A stretch of DNA of 60,780 nt, the filler included, from Sphacelaria rigidula (Eukaryota): the NCBI GenBank assembly GCA_964200075.2. It is 6 parts of 6 records of this genome, joined end to end, with 100 filler letters (N's around TTAATTAATTAA, not from the genome) between each part and the next. Parts side by side here need not be neighbours in the genome. Positions count along the whole stretch, not along the records: positions 40,589 to 50,634 come from CAXNAA020007257.1; positions 50,735 to 60,780 come from CAXNAA020007258.1; 4 more parts are not named here. One strand, written 5' to 3'. Position numbers and translations under genes: made by a program. How positions within the stretch are numbered: position 1 is the first letter of the stretch; each line of letters begins with the position of its first letter. Positions 48,809 through 60,205 of this stretch are shown here, one piece after another. The notes under the pieces were generated by a model, which worked only from the letters and a program-made list of their open reading frames with translations, was not told where the DNA came from and made no database searches.

Positions 48809-48915
48809 CTTGCAGGTGTTCGAGAGGAACTCCATACAAATGTAGATCTTGCAGCGCCGGAAATATGGACAGGTCCACCGGGCGATCAAGCGCCGCCGAA
48901 GGGACGGCCGAGCCC
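48809..48915 (-). CDS. STK11IP/nischarin-like LRR protein, N-proximal exon
   Basis: GSAVPSAALDRPVDLSIFPALQDLHLYGVPLEHLQ(G), resembling STK11IP 'IFPFKSLRHLELRGVPLHCLHGL'; tag| acceptor, G|gtgaat donor. Confidence 0.75.
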
Positions 48916-49214
48916 CTACGTGGAATCGACGGGCATGGGCGAAAACGCGGTAAAATCGACACATGTGCCGTTGAGGACAAAAGCAAATGTGACGGAGCAG
49001 ACCTCCGCGCGTAAAGTTAGATTGTGATAAAAGCACCTGAAATTTGGAGCACAGTAGAGCTTTGCGCCAGAAAAGAGAGTCAATACATGTGACAAATACA
49101 CATTTGTATGTGCGTATCAGGGATTGGGAACAACGTGAAGAGACACGCATGTTACGGGGAAGACTGTTTCGACAGTGGCGTGGGCCGAACGAGCCCGAAA
49201 TGGTCTGTCTTGAC

Positions 49215-49325
49215 CTGCAGTTGTCCGATATTTTACTCCTAGACAACATCGTGGGTTTATCCATAAAGAGCACGATACTCCAAGGTCGGATGGGCATCCC
49301 GGGCACAACTTTTTTGACCGCCTTT
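49215..49325 (-). CDS. Possible further upstream exon of the LRR gene
   Basis: Open and phase-compatible (KAVKKVVPGMPIRPWSIVLFMDKPTMLSRSKISDNCR) but weak donor gtcaag and no motif. Confidence 0.3.
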
Positions 49326-50000
49326 CTGCCCGGATAACGCCGGAAAAAGTAAGCCACACGCGTGGAATACTCTGGAAATCACAACAACTACGGAGAACAT
49401 CAGAACGAGAACAGCTCTGTGGACACCCCTTCTTTTCGACAGCTTCAGTAGTCTCACCGCACAGTACGCCCTAGCGTGCTGTTTACACATACGCATGTAT
49501 ATATCACCAGGTGGGTCATGAAGTCGCCATTTTCCACCCGTCAAACTTTGCTTGAAGAAAAAAAATAACAGCACAGAACGCGTGCCAGTGCTTCTTCTCG
49601 CGAAGATTTTCACCAAGTTGTACTCGATCTTTTTTTTTTCATCTCTCCAGTCGTACCGAGTACCCTCTTCAAAAGACAACACGTGTCTAAACATTTCAGG
49701 ACCCAAAAGCCATACAAAAACAACGAAAGTTCATGGTGAACAGAAACAAAAATCCTGATAGCAGAGTGTCAGCGCGGGTGCATGATATCATAGGTTTTCA
49801 AGAAAGAGAAAAAACAGAGAAAATGCATCTTACGACGACTGACACACGGAAGCGATATCCTCATGACTAGGGAAAAATCACGGGGTTGGGGGGGGGGGGG
49901 GTGTACTCATGATCGTGCATGCCATGGTCATAACAATAGGAAGCTTCATGCACCGGGTGCATTGTCGGCGAAAGTTGTAGGCCGGTCATGGCCAGTTGGG

Positions 50001-50634
50001 GCCAGTTATCACTTATGAAATTTATTCACACATTCTTGCACACTCATACACACACAGAGAGAGGAAAACACACGCACCGCATTGAACGAGTTGGGTTAGG
50101 GAAATCGCTCATACAAAAATGACACGTCATAACCCCATATCTACGCCACACGAGGAAGCGTGTGCCCCCCTCAGATACCTACTGTAACCATGATATCGGG
50201 TATACCTTGAATAACAGAACTAATATCTTATTATATCCGTTTTCAGAATGGGGCACTATGTATTCAGGGTAAACCATCAGTCCGAGAGCCGTAAGCAGGG
50301 AGGCTAATCGAATATACTTACGCTCAAGGATTGTAACTGTTCACCCGCCTGGATGCAAGGGAAATGAAGATTGAGATTGGATCGTGACGTACAGGGAAAA
50401 TACGAATAAGAGATTCGTTCTGTGATTCAAGGTATGCCCGATATCTTGGTTGCAGTAGGTATCTGAGGGCGGCACACGCTTTCTCGCGTGGCGTAGAGAT
50501 GGGATTATGACGTGTCATTTTGGATGAGCAATTTCCCTAACCCAACTCGTTCAGTGCGGTGCGTGTGTTTTCCTCTGTGTGTGTATGTATGAGTGTGCAA
50601 GAATGTGTGAATTAATTCCATAAACGATACCTGG
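50001..50634. mobile_element. Foldback element with ~230 bp inverted arms
   Basis: ATTCACACATTCTTGCACACTCATACA...GAACGAGTTGGGTTAGGGAAAT pairs with ATTTCCCTAACCCAACTCGTTC...ATGAGTGTGCAAGAATGTGTGAAT. Confidence 0.85.
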
Positions 50635-50734
50635 NNNNNNNNNNNNNNNNNNNNNNNNNNNNNNNNNNNNNNNNNNNNTTAATTAATTAANNNNNNNNNN
50701 NNNNNNNNNNNNNNNNNNNNNNNNNNNNNNNNNN
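50635..50734. other. Artificial contig linker
   Basis: N44-TTAATTAATTAA-N44. Confidence 0.98.
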
Positions 50735-50855
50735 CCCCGAAGCCTACTGATTATCTTGCATTTGGATGACAGCCCCCAATGAGTTGCTTTATTTTTTGGT
50801 ATTGCCTCTTCCAGAGACAGCCACGGCTTTTACACTGCCTAATGGGTGTCTTGTC
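50735..50855. repeat. Dispersed repeat shared with 20342-20460
   Basis: CCCGAAGCCTACTGATTATCTTGCATTTGGATGACAGCC...GGCTTTTACACTGCCT at both contig starts. Confidence 0.8.
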
Positions 50856-51829
50856 ATTTAAACACTACGTTGTACGATCATCCCCTTTGTGTTAAGGTTC
50901 TCCCACGCCGCACAACATGATCTAGCTCGACCACCATCATGGTTACCGTAAAAAAACGCAAGCGCGCAAAACAAATCGGTAACCTGGTTGCCTAGCTTAC
51001 GCAGTGAATGGCGTGTTATACGGCGTCGTTGCCAACCGACGCCAACCGCACGTCCCAACAAAGCCGGGATGGAGCACGCCGGGTTTTCGCCGGACCAGGC
51101 GGGGGGCGGGGGCGGGGGGGGGGCGTACTCATTTGTTGCTTGCCTTAGTTGTTTGGCCATTGGCCACGCATCCCTTTCGAGACGGAGCAGCGTTCCTACT
51201 CTTCATACAACCACCTCCAACATTTGGGCGCTCATTAAGTTTCTTCCATACATAACACGAAACGTTTCACACATCTCATCCCCTTTCTGCTTCGCTGTCT
51301 GTGGCCACTATCTATCTCCTAGTATGGCGATCATGTTGTCGCTACCATCTAATGCATCAAACGGTTCCATGCCACCTTCCTTAATTCTCACGTTTACTCT
51401 GTAACACGTCCCGTTCCTCCTTGTATAGTTCACATTCCTTTGGGGGGTGTGCACATTCCTAAGGGGTGGTGGCGGGTGGGAAGGATCAATGAATCGCGGA
51501 GGGAGGTGTGGCTGCTAAAATTCAAGCGTCATCTGCCCACGCATTCATCGCATACCGCGGGAACGCGTTATTTTGCGCTTCTTTCTTGTCCCCAAATACA
51601 ATAGGTGGGCTTATATCAAGTATCCCTTATGCAAGGTATCAGACCTGCCTGCACCGCGCAAAGTATTTATCTTGCGGGTGCACTGCTTGTGTAAACAGTA
51701 GGCTATACTTTAGTATTGGGGTACTATAGAATCTTAATAACGTAAATTACCTCACGTGCGTACATACGTTTTTTTTCTGAACACCCATATTTTTTACATA
51801 TATTGTAGCTCCGCCTACGGTTCAAGTAT

Positions 51830-52197
51830 GTGTTGCATGTGTTGTCATCCCGTCTAATCTGGACGCCAGTCTACACTTTTCGGTAAAGGTGGGCGCATCA
51901 GCCGGGGTCACACAGGAGAAGGGCTACGCAGGATTTTTTTCTAATATCTTTCTCTTGTTTTAGTACTCCACCTTCTTCCGTCGGTGCTTGCCTTACTTTC
52001 TACCTTGAGGAGGGTTTGGCGGTCCCTTTCCCTCGTCGACCGTGAAGTCGAATTTTGTGTACGCACGACATGGTCGCTCTCCGCTGTTAGGCATGGTGTG
52101 AGAAAAAATCCCAGATCGTGTGAATTTACCGACATTCGAACCCACGACCCAACCGTCAGAAGGTTCCGAGGTTACCAACTGAGCCACCGGGGCGACC
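51830..52197 (-). mobile_element. tRNA-headed SINE
   Basis: Minus strand GGTCGCCCCGGTGGCTCAGTTGGTA...GGGTTCGAAT (A and B boxes). Confidence 0.8.
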
Positions 52198-52326
52198 GGT
52201 TCCATCTCATGAAAACACGACAAAAAGTTGCTACTCGTACTCGCACTGAAAAATCACACACCCAACCCTAACCCTAACCCTAACCCTCTTACGTTACACC
52301 TGATTTGACGATTATTGTGAATGAAG

Positions 52327-52525
52327 GGTTAATTACTGGGATCCTGCCAAGTGGGTGTCCCGGGTGCGAGCTCGCAACACTGGTACCAAGGCGGTAGTGC
52401 TGCGTGTGAGCGACAGCGACGGACATGACGGGCCCGACAGCACCTTCGAAGGACTCCAGGACGCAGCTTTAGAAATGGCTTTTCTCGAGAAACACCTGGG
52501 CGGTGGTGCTCCGGAAAATCATTAG
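52327..52525 (+). CDS. Oligopeptidase B / prolyl oligopeptidase (S9A) family, terminal exon
   Basis: gaag|G acceptor; VNYWDPAKWVSRVRARNTGTKAVVLRVSDSDGHDG...QDAALEMAFLEKHLG* matches the YWEPAKWV..LR / GH / EYAF C-terminus. Confidence 0.85.
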
Positions 52526-54745
52526 TATATTTATCTCTCTTTTCTCCGCTCTTGAATTGATGCCTTGTGAATATTGGAATACTGGCGGTAGTATGTAAAA
52601 TAAAAAAACTCGGGGAACCTGTAGGTGGTCACAGCGTACAAACTGTAAAAAAGAAAAACAAACTAGGTTCACCATTTTTTAGCAGTGCTGTAGAACCGTA
52701 GTTGTACGTGGGAAGAGGTTGTTGTTGTTGTTAGGTTTGGGACGTAGTTTCATTCCCGAATATCAAAGCCATAAGTTTCGATCGGAAACACAAGAAAAAA
52801 ATGTGTAAGCGGGACCCGCGGACGACGGGTGCAGCATATCTTGACAAGGTTATAGCTTCTCTCTCGAGGTAGCAGGGTGCACGGAATGTGTGGAGACGCG
52901 ACGTGGCCTTTTAGTTGGTAAGCCTTGTAGAACAGAGCTTAGCAGAAGGGATAGACGGTCTAACGCGGGAAGCAGCCTGCTGCCTTTTGAGCGTGGAGTA
53001 TGACTGTAGCCCGGACTAGGGATTGAAGGATGACAGGCCCGGGATGACAGACCCAGCTCATCTCGAAGCGGGTTGGGTCAGACAGAGGTGGCTAATACGT
53101 TCGATAACATGTTCACAATGGACAGGGTGGCCGAGGGCGGGCGGGGGCGAGCGCTTGAGCTCATCCGTTCCGTCCACCACAAGACCGAGGTGTAAGAGAC
53201 ACCACTTCATCATAACATGAACACAAGTGCATTGTATTTTGCAAGTTCCGAGTTACTGTCCCCATAAATTCACGTTGGTTTGTCATTTTCCAATTTTTAT
53301 TCCAGGTAGTAATAGTAGGTAGACGCGACGACATCATTTACCTCATTTCAATCCACCGCCAGCAATTTTCACGAATACCCTGTATTCAAACCACTGCTAC
53401 AAAACGCCCCAACTCTCCTTGTACCACACTCTTCCCGCTGTTCCCTCCCCGGGGACCCTTCTCCCTCATAGAGCCGGAATTCCGCCNNNNNNNNNNCCCC
53501 CCACACATTTTACCAAAAACCCCTTTTTAAAACCCCCCCCCCAAAACCCCCCCCCCCCCCTTTTCCCCCCCCCCCCCCCCCCCCCCCTCCCCTCCCCCTC
53601 TCCCTCTCCCTTCCCCCGCGCGCGCCAATTAGCAAATGAGCAACATACGACTCCCTCACTGCTCCCAACGCAGGGCCATCACGAGGGACTGACTGCTCAC
53701 GTCGGCCAACGGTACACAACCCGCTCGCAGCAGGCAAAATACACGAGGCAGTTGATATCAATACTCCAACGAACAACATTGCGTGAACGACATCGATGAG
53801 ACGACAAAAGTCAGCCAAGATATAGTTTAAACGTTAGTGCATCACACGTACACGTAGGTGAAGGAGAAGACAAGTCTTCCCCTCATCCAAATTTCTGTAT
53901 TTGGCTGCGTGATTCTCCCGTGTACCACTTTGACCCTTCACGCGTTTCTAGTATGTAGCAGCTCAACGACCTATCTGGATAAGTACGTCTCCAGTTCACC
54001 CCCCCCCCATCCCCGTTCTCCTATATTTTGTGTATTCATTCGAGAGTTAGTGCGCAGTTCCCGGCATCTATCCTGATCCTGCCACCGAGAAACCCCACCT
54101 CTGTACAAAGCTTGCCACCCCCATGTATGACCATAAAACAACGACATGCATGAACAGTATATAACCGTCACAACGCCCGCAACTTTTATGACCGTCCACT
54201 GCGCCATAAACCCGGGCCGGTCGCGCATACTGACTGTACTTTTCTAAAAGGATGCTAGACTCGTCATTTTTTACGTGTCCAAACTGGCGCGCGGCGACAG
54301 CGATTCCTCTACTGACTACTTCTAGTATGAGTAGACAGGGGAAGCCTTCCTCCCTGTACCAGGTTGGTGTACATCGGCTTCACGTAGACGAGACGATTCT
54401 TTGGGGGGAATAAAACTTTCACGTGCGCAACAATGCCTCCGTCCGTCCCTTCCGATCATGCGAAGCCGCATAAAACAAGAAACGACAAGATGATTTGGCG
54501 GGGGGAAATGAACATGTGCCAAAACCAAACAAGGACTGAAGCAAATGGAACGGAAACGTGTGTAGTCTAGCGATCTCTCTCGAACACAAAAAAATCGTAC
54601 TGTACTGAACCCATGACAACTGCCTCTACACCCCCCCCTCCAATACCCAACAACACGCTCAACATCACTGATTGACGGTATTATAGTACACCATAGTACT
54701 CTTGTCCAATCAGCCCCCCGGTGTGCGCTGTCCCTCATCACATCA

Positions 54746-55543
54746 TTAGACTTCCTCGGTATCAGCCTCGTTGCCGCTAAGGTAGGGAGGAAAAGCGCGC
54801 GGGGTCTCACCAACGCCGGGCGTGGACAACCGCCGACTCGCGGCATTCCCGCGAGCGGCCGTAACCTCCGTCGCCACCGTAGCGGCGTCCTCGGCCTCGG
54901 TACTCTCCTCTCCGTCCTCGGCAGCAATCGTCGGCAAACGCGGCACATCACTGTCTTCGTTACCGACTGTGCACACTGTCGGGTTTTCCCTATCTACAAC
55001 CGCGGCATTACCCAGGGCCCCGCCCGCGGTAGCGGCGGCAGCCGCCGCCGCCGCCTCTGCGGTCCTTTCACCGCCTGTGGTGGAAGCAGCACTAATTCCT
55101 CGGCGTGGTGCTCCGTTTCCGCCACCGCCACTGGCGCCACCACTGATACCGCTGGACGATACACTTGCGGTACCAATACTACTTCCGCCAGCGCCGCTAC
55201 TAGCTGTTGTGCAGTGTCGTTTTTTCTCGCCCGATCCGCCGCCGCCGGCGACCGCATGCTTAGAATGCCGTCGGCTGGAGCGCTTCGATCGAGGTCGACT
55301 GGAGCTACTGCTGTGGCTGCTGGACGTCCGACCGCCACCACCGCCGGTGCTGTAACCCCACGTGCCGTCCGAGGGGCTGCGCGAGGGCCGACTGCGCGGC
55401 GAGGCGGAGGCGCGGTAGTAGTCGCTGCTGCTGCTGCCGCTGCCGCGTCGCCTCGTCGCTGGGACTACGGACGAGGATGGCACTAGGAGTTTATCGCTTT
55501 CCTTGCTTCCGTCCCTGGAGGAAGGGGTTGCTCCTGACGTGTC
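54746..55543 (-). CDS. Ser/Gly/Ala-rich low-complexity exon of an unknown gene
   Basis: Polypyrimidine tract and cag| at 55543; open to a stop at 54746, with an alternative donor G|gtgaga at 54811; GC-rich coding-like composition. Confidence 0.65.
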   Translation of the reverse strand, partial: DTSGATPSSRDGSKESDKLLVPSSSVVPATRRRGSGSSSSDYYRASASPRSRPSRSPSDGTWGYSTGGGGGRTSSSHSSSSSRPRSKRSSRRHSKHAVAGGGGSGEKKRHCTTASSGAGGSSIGTASVSSSGISGGASGGGGNGAPRRGISAASTTGGERTAEAAAAAAAATAGGALGNAAVVDRENPTVCTVGNEDSDVPRLPTIAAEDGEESTEAEDAATVATEVTAARGNAASRRLSTPGVGETPRAFPPYLSGNEADTEEV

Positions 55544-56828
55544 CTGTCACGATTGAGTGGAGATAGGGAGCGAGGGGGGAAGGGGGAGATCATATTTCCA
55601 CTTGGTAAGTTGAAGAACTTTCTCGGAAAGGTACGATATTGAAATAACGGCAACCCTAATCCTAATCCTAAGCCTACTCCTAAACCCCAACCAAGGCATA
55701 ATGAGAAACCTTGGGCAAGACGGATACGAAGTCTATCCTGGGACGTCTTTCTGCGCTCGCCAGGAGCACTTGGGACGATCCGCCCGACTAAAGACGGGTG
55801 GCGTTGAGTTACAGACAAATTGCGAACATTTTCGATCTGAGGTTTGTGATGGCAAGGGGCTCATAGGAGTATTTGCAGCTGGTGTTGCGCTCGACACCAT
55901 CGGTCGTTTTTGGAGAGCAGCTTGCTGTTGCGAATCTCACTACGGACTCGCGACCAATCTTCTGTGACCCATGCCTGCGCTTCTTCCTCCTGCTTCTTCA
56001 CCGTCCCGTGAGTAAAGTCCACGAGTTTGCAGCGCGCTTAATAAAAATGTCGCCGTCCATCAGTCGAAGCTTAGTACTACCTTGCGTCAAGCACAAAACT
56101 GCCAACCTACAACATCATCTGCCAGACCTGTGCTTCTTCAGGGGGGGAGACGGACATTGCGGCCGGAGAGTTCATACACCGCTACATATTTGACTGCTCA
56201 GCAACACGTTGTCGAAACAATGAGCAGGAGCCGTGCGTGGTTCGTTCGTGTGTTTCACGAATAAACTTGGATGGTGTGCAGTGGTTTGAACAGTGTTGAG
56301 TGTTGTTTTCGATGAATTTATCAAGAACAGGTCTTTGATGATTCAAGATGATTTAAGCAAGCAAGTAATAATGATTACGCCAAATAAATAACGCAGATCC
56401 TCCGGCTACACCCCCTCAGCCACACTTGTGCGGCCGTTGCAGTGGTTGCTGCGGGCACAGGCGGGGTGAAGGGTTTGTGGTTCGTCGCAACTGCCCCCCT
56501 CCCCCGCCTCGATCTTTTGCCCCAACTAATTAGTCTCGCCGCGTTTTTGCGAAAAATCCTTGGCTCTGCTTGTTCTGGTGTTAGGGTGCCGAACTCTAGT
56601 CATCTGACTCACTTGGGTTTGCTAGGATTCATGATCAGGTTGCATCAAGCAATGGATCAAGCGGTTTATGTTCGCTTGCACAGCGTACCTCAAGCCCAAC
56701 ACCAAACCAAGACTTGCCGAGACCGCGACTGTTTTGTTTTTTGCTGCTTGTGCTTGGGTGTGCTCTGCAAAGGAAGTGCCTCTTCTCCCCCATTCAACCC
56801 ATTCTAAAACCAAGTAACTTGTGGTTGA

Positions 56829-56936
56829 GCTTGGTTGCATTGAGTATATAGGATTTAGGATAGAACCGGAACCTGCCAGCCCGCTTGGTTGCATTGAGTA
56901 TATAGGATTTAGTATAGAACCGGAACCTGCCAGCCC
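56829..56936. repeat. Near-perfect 54-bp tandem duplication
   Basis: GCTTGGTTGCATTGAGTATATAGGATTTAG(G/T)ATAGAACCGGAACCTGCCAGCCC x2. Confidence 0.9.
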
Positions 56937-57428
56937 GGATACGGTCCCAACAGGGCTACCCCCCGCCCCCCCAATCGGCCCCAAATGAAAAAAAGTGAGT
57001 GTAGGTCCAGGGATATTTTTTTTACCCGCCCTTGGTGTTTGACGTGAAAACGTCCAAAGTTGGTCAATGTTGGGGTATACGTGGACCAAAAATGAGCCCA
57101 AATGGGCGTATTTTGACGTCATTTTAGTATGGACCACTAACTTTTTATTCATTTAATATTTTTGCATCAGCTTCGGTGGCGCTTCATCTTTCCTACGAAC
57201 CCAACTATGGGATGGTCGGAAGAGTTTGAATGCGCAAACGATTAAAAGCCCATAACCGACCAGACTTATGAGACAGAGGAAGTATGAGTTTCCCCCGTTC
57301 CTGATATGTGTGCTTGCTTACGCGTTTCAGGTCTCTCTTGTCCACTCGTCCGTCTATTTTGTCACTCCATTTCCCTCTCCACGATTTTTCACTGAAAAAA
57401 ATCCCGAAAATACCGATACGTGGCGCAG

Positions 57429-57595
57429 GTCTCGCTGTTCCTGCGAAAGTTCCAGCTCACGCCCGAGGAGGTGGAAGCCTTGTCGGCGCCTCTAGAGCCT
57501 GACCAGGGGAAGCGTTTCTTCTCGGCATTGAAGCGCCTCAAGGGCGTGCGCGATGCCTGCGGGAAGCTCGTGGGGTCCAGCCACCAAAGTGCCGG
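57429..57595 (+). CDS. COG6: Conserved oligomeric Golgi complex subunit 6, internal exon
   Basis: VSLFLRKFQLTPEEVEAL...FFSALKRLKGVRDACGKLVGSSHQSAG; gcag| acceptor, |gtatgt donor. Confidence 0.85.
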
Positions 57596-57933
57596 GTATG
57601 TCAGGTGTAGGCATTTTTGCTCGGTCGGTTGTATTGTTGATGATTTGCGGGTGGCCGTGGCGGCGACGGTGGTGTGGTCGTCGTCGGTTGTATCGCTGCA
57701 CTTCACCCCGCCCCCGACCCAACGTGATGGAGTATGGGATGGGTTGAAGAAACCGGGGTGTTTTTTTTCTTTTTTTTTTCTCGCGGAGCGACAAAATTTT
57801 ACTATTCTGCGTTCGTCGTCAAAACAGATTCCGGTAGTTGGTTGATTCGGCTTCTTCTTTTTTTCACGTACTTCGAGAGCAGACTTTGTTCGGTTCGCCT
57901 TGGTCGTTCCGTTGTTCTTGTCTGCGTGCGCAG

Positions 57934-58057
57934 GTTTGAGCTGCTGGAGCAGCTGAGCCAGCACCAGGAGGCAGCGTACGAGCGACTGTATCGTTGGGTG
58001 CAGGATCGGTGTCAGACCCTCGAGGACGAGACGCCGGCCGCTGACGTTGCGCTGCAG
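57934..58057 (+). CDS. COG6: Conserved oligomeric Golgi complex subunit 6, next exon
   Basis: FELLEQLSQHQEAAYERLYRWVQDRCQTL, the COG6 'AYERLYRW' signature; in phase with the previous exon. Confidence 0.9.
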
Positions 58058-58234
58058 GTAGAGAGAGCTTCGGTCATCGTAATCATGTCGACCTGGCCAT
58101 AGCTACAGCCCAAGCGTCCTTTGCCCCCTACCCCGGCCTAGTCGTCTGCGCACCATTAGTACACAGCTTTGCACTGCTGGCCAGCGCTTTCGTTATTTTC
58201 TGCTTTCGAGGTACACCTGACACAGTGACGTGGG

Positions 58235-58579
58235 AACGTGTGTTGTGGTGATGTCATCCCATCTATTTTGAACGCCAGTTTCGACCCTTCGGTATATGTG
58301 GGCGCGTCAGCCGGGGTCACACGGAAGGGAGGTCAACGCAGGAGTTATTTCCTTTTCATTTTGTTTTAGTCTTTTGCCTTCCTTCTACAATCCTTGCCTT
58401 GATTTTTATCGCGAGAGGGGTTCAGCGATCCCTTTCCCTCGTCGACCCCGAGGTCGAATATCATGTTGGGCATGTGATTGTGAGAAAAAATCCCAGATCA
58501 TGTGACTTCATCGAGATGCAAGCCCAAGACCCAACCGTTAGAAGGTTTTGAGGGTACCTACGAAGCCACCGGGGCGACC
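58235..58579 (-). mobile_element. tRNA-headed SINE (intronic)
   Basis: Minus strand GGTCGCCCCGGTGGCT head and shared body. Confidence 0.75.
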
Positions 58580-59299
58580 CTTTTTTTATTGTTATTAATC
58601 GATTGATGCACTTTAACTGACCCGCCAGGGATCCAGCCGTGGTCACATGATTGACGTGCCCAAGACTGCTACACAACCAAAAATAATATCGAGTAGTTTC
58701 AAGGGGGACTGAACAAGATGGGTCGCGGCCTGAAGGTTGCGCGCCAAGTAGCGGTTTAAAAAGCGCGGGGAGGGGTGCGGTAGGTGAAAAATAAACACGA
58801 CACGGCAGGAAACAGACAAAAGTGAATCGACTCACCCCATTTTCAGCCAAGAGAGGGGTAGCGGAAAAACACGGCCACAGGCTCTGCCCGTGCTCCTCCC
58901 AAATTTATCTAATTCCAATCCTGACGGGCAAGAAAGGCAACCACGGCCTACGCAGAGCACGGGAATCGACTTTCATTAACTTTCGGGTGCGCCCATTGGC
59001 CAAATAGTGCCGCGGGCAATAAGGGCTGCCCAGGAGACCCCCCTTGTGTCCGAGAACCGGGTGAGGCGACCCACCGCCATCTACTTTTTTCCATTCCTCC
59101 CCCTTCCTGTCCACTTTCATCCCCCTGTTGTCCAAAATACACTCACTGTTGACCATTCTCTGCCGTTCAAAGGTCATCCTCCACGCGACCGCACGGCAGA
59201 ACATCGAAGGTTCTAGAACGTCTGCACTGGCTCTGTTTTTTTTGCCTGGAGAAATCCGCCGCACACAAACCAGACCCCATCGGGTTGTGTAGCGGGTCT

Positions 59300-59937
59300 C
59301 CACCTCACGGTACAAAAATAATAAGGACCGACAATGATATCTCACATCTCACATATCGTTGTTCCGCAACAGTTGCAGACTCCAACCGAACCCAACGGGT
59401 CGCGACCCAAAATAGTATGGCTGAAAAATGTTATAGGGGCGAAGTGGATAGCTGCGTCATCGCTCTGTACGGAGAGTTTTCCTCTGCGCTGCTGCTGCCT
59501 CTGCTGCTGCAGCATGCATCAGTTGAAACAAGTCACTAGAGGTATCTCAAAATCGAGGCTCACGGTATCATTCACAAATATTCACCGTTAAATATACCGG
59601 CAACCTCGAGTATGAGATACCTCCACCAAGGAGTAATATTAGCGGGACTTTTTTGGGACAAAATCTCAGGCATTTTCGGACAGTTTCTACTTTTCCCATC
59701 AAATGTGAGGGCGGGTTTTCTCATCCCGTCCAGGCAATAGATTTGTTTTCAATTTGTGCCGTTTCGGATAAATACAACGGTTGTCCGCCATACGACAACG
59801 CTCGTCGGGTGGCACAACGACCCTGGGCACTCTTCTCGACACCAGAACCGTCCGAATAGCATGACCGATGGAAACAACACATTCCAGAGTACTGGCGAAT
59901 CGGTGCAATAGCCGTCATATGCCGCCTAAGGACTGAC

Positions 59938-59995
<58 letters not shown>

Positions 59996-60205
59996 CACAC
60001 ACACACATACACGCGCGCGTGCAGCGGCAGGGTATCAACACACCAGGATTTGGCGTAGGACCACCAAAGCGCTTCGAGACATACTTCGTATTATTTTAGG
60101 CCGCGACCCGTTGGGTTCCGTTGGGGTCTGCAACTGTAGCAGAAGAAATATATATGATATATCATTGTCGGCCTTTTTTGTTGTTGTGCCGTGAGGTAGA
60201 GAGTA
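59300..60205. repeat. Inverted pair (~110 bp arms) enclosing a small hairpin element (59538-59623) and a (TC)n(CA)n microsatellite (59941-60010)
   Basis: CAGTTGCAGACTCCAACCGAACCCAACGGGTCGCG / CGCGACCCGTTGGGTTCCGTTGGGGTCTGCAACTG. Confidence 0.7.

Noticed and set aside
54822-55486. Plus-strand Ala/Pro-rich ORFs
   Set aside because: Likely shadow frames; splice signals favour the minus strand.
49215-55543. Joining the 54746-55543 exon and a minus reading of 52337-52466 to the LRR gene
   Set aside because: It crosses an artificial linker, and 52327-52525 is better explained as a plus-strand S9A peptidase exon.
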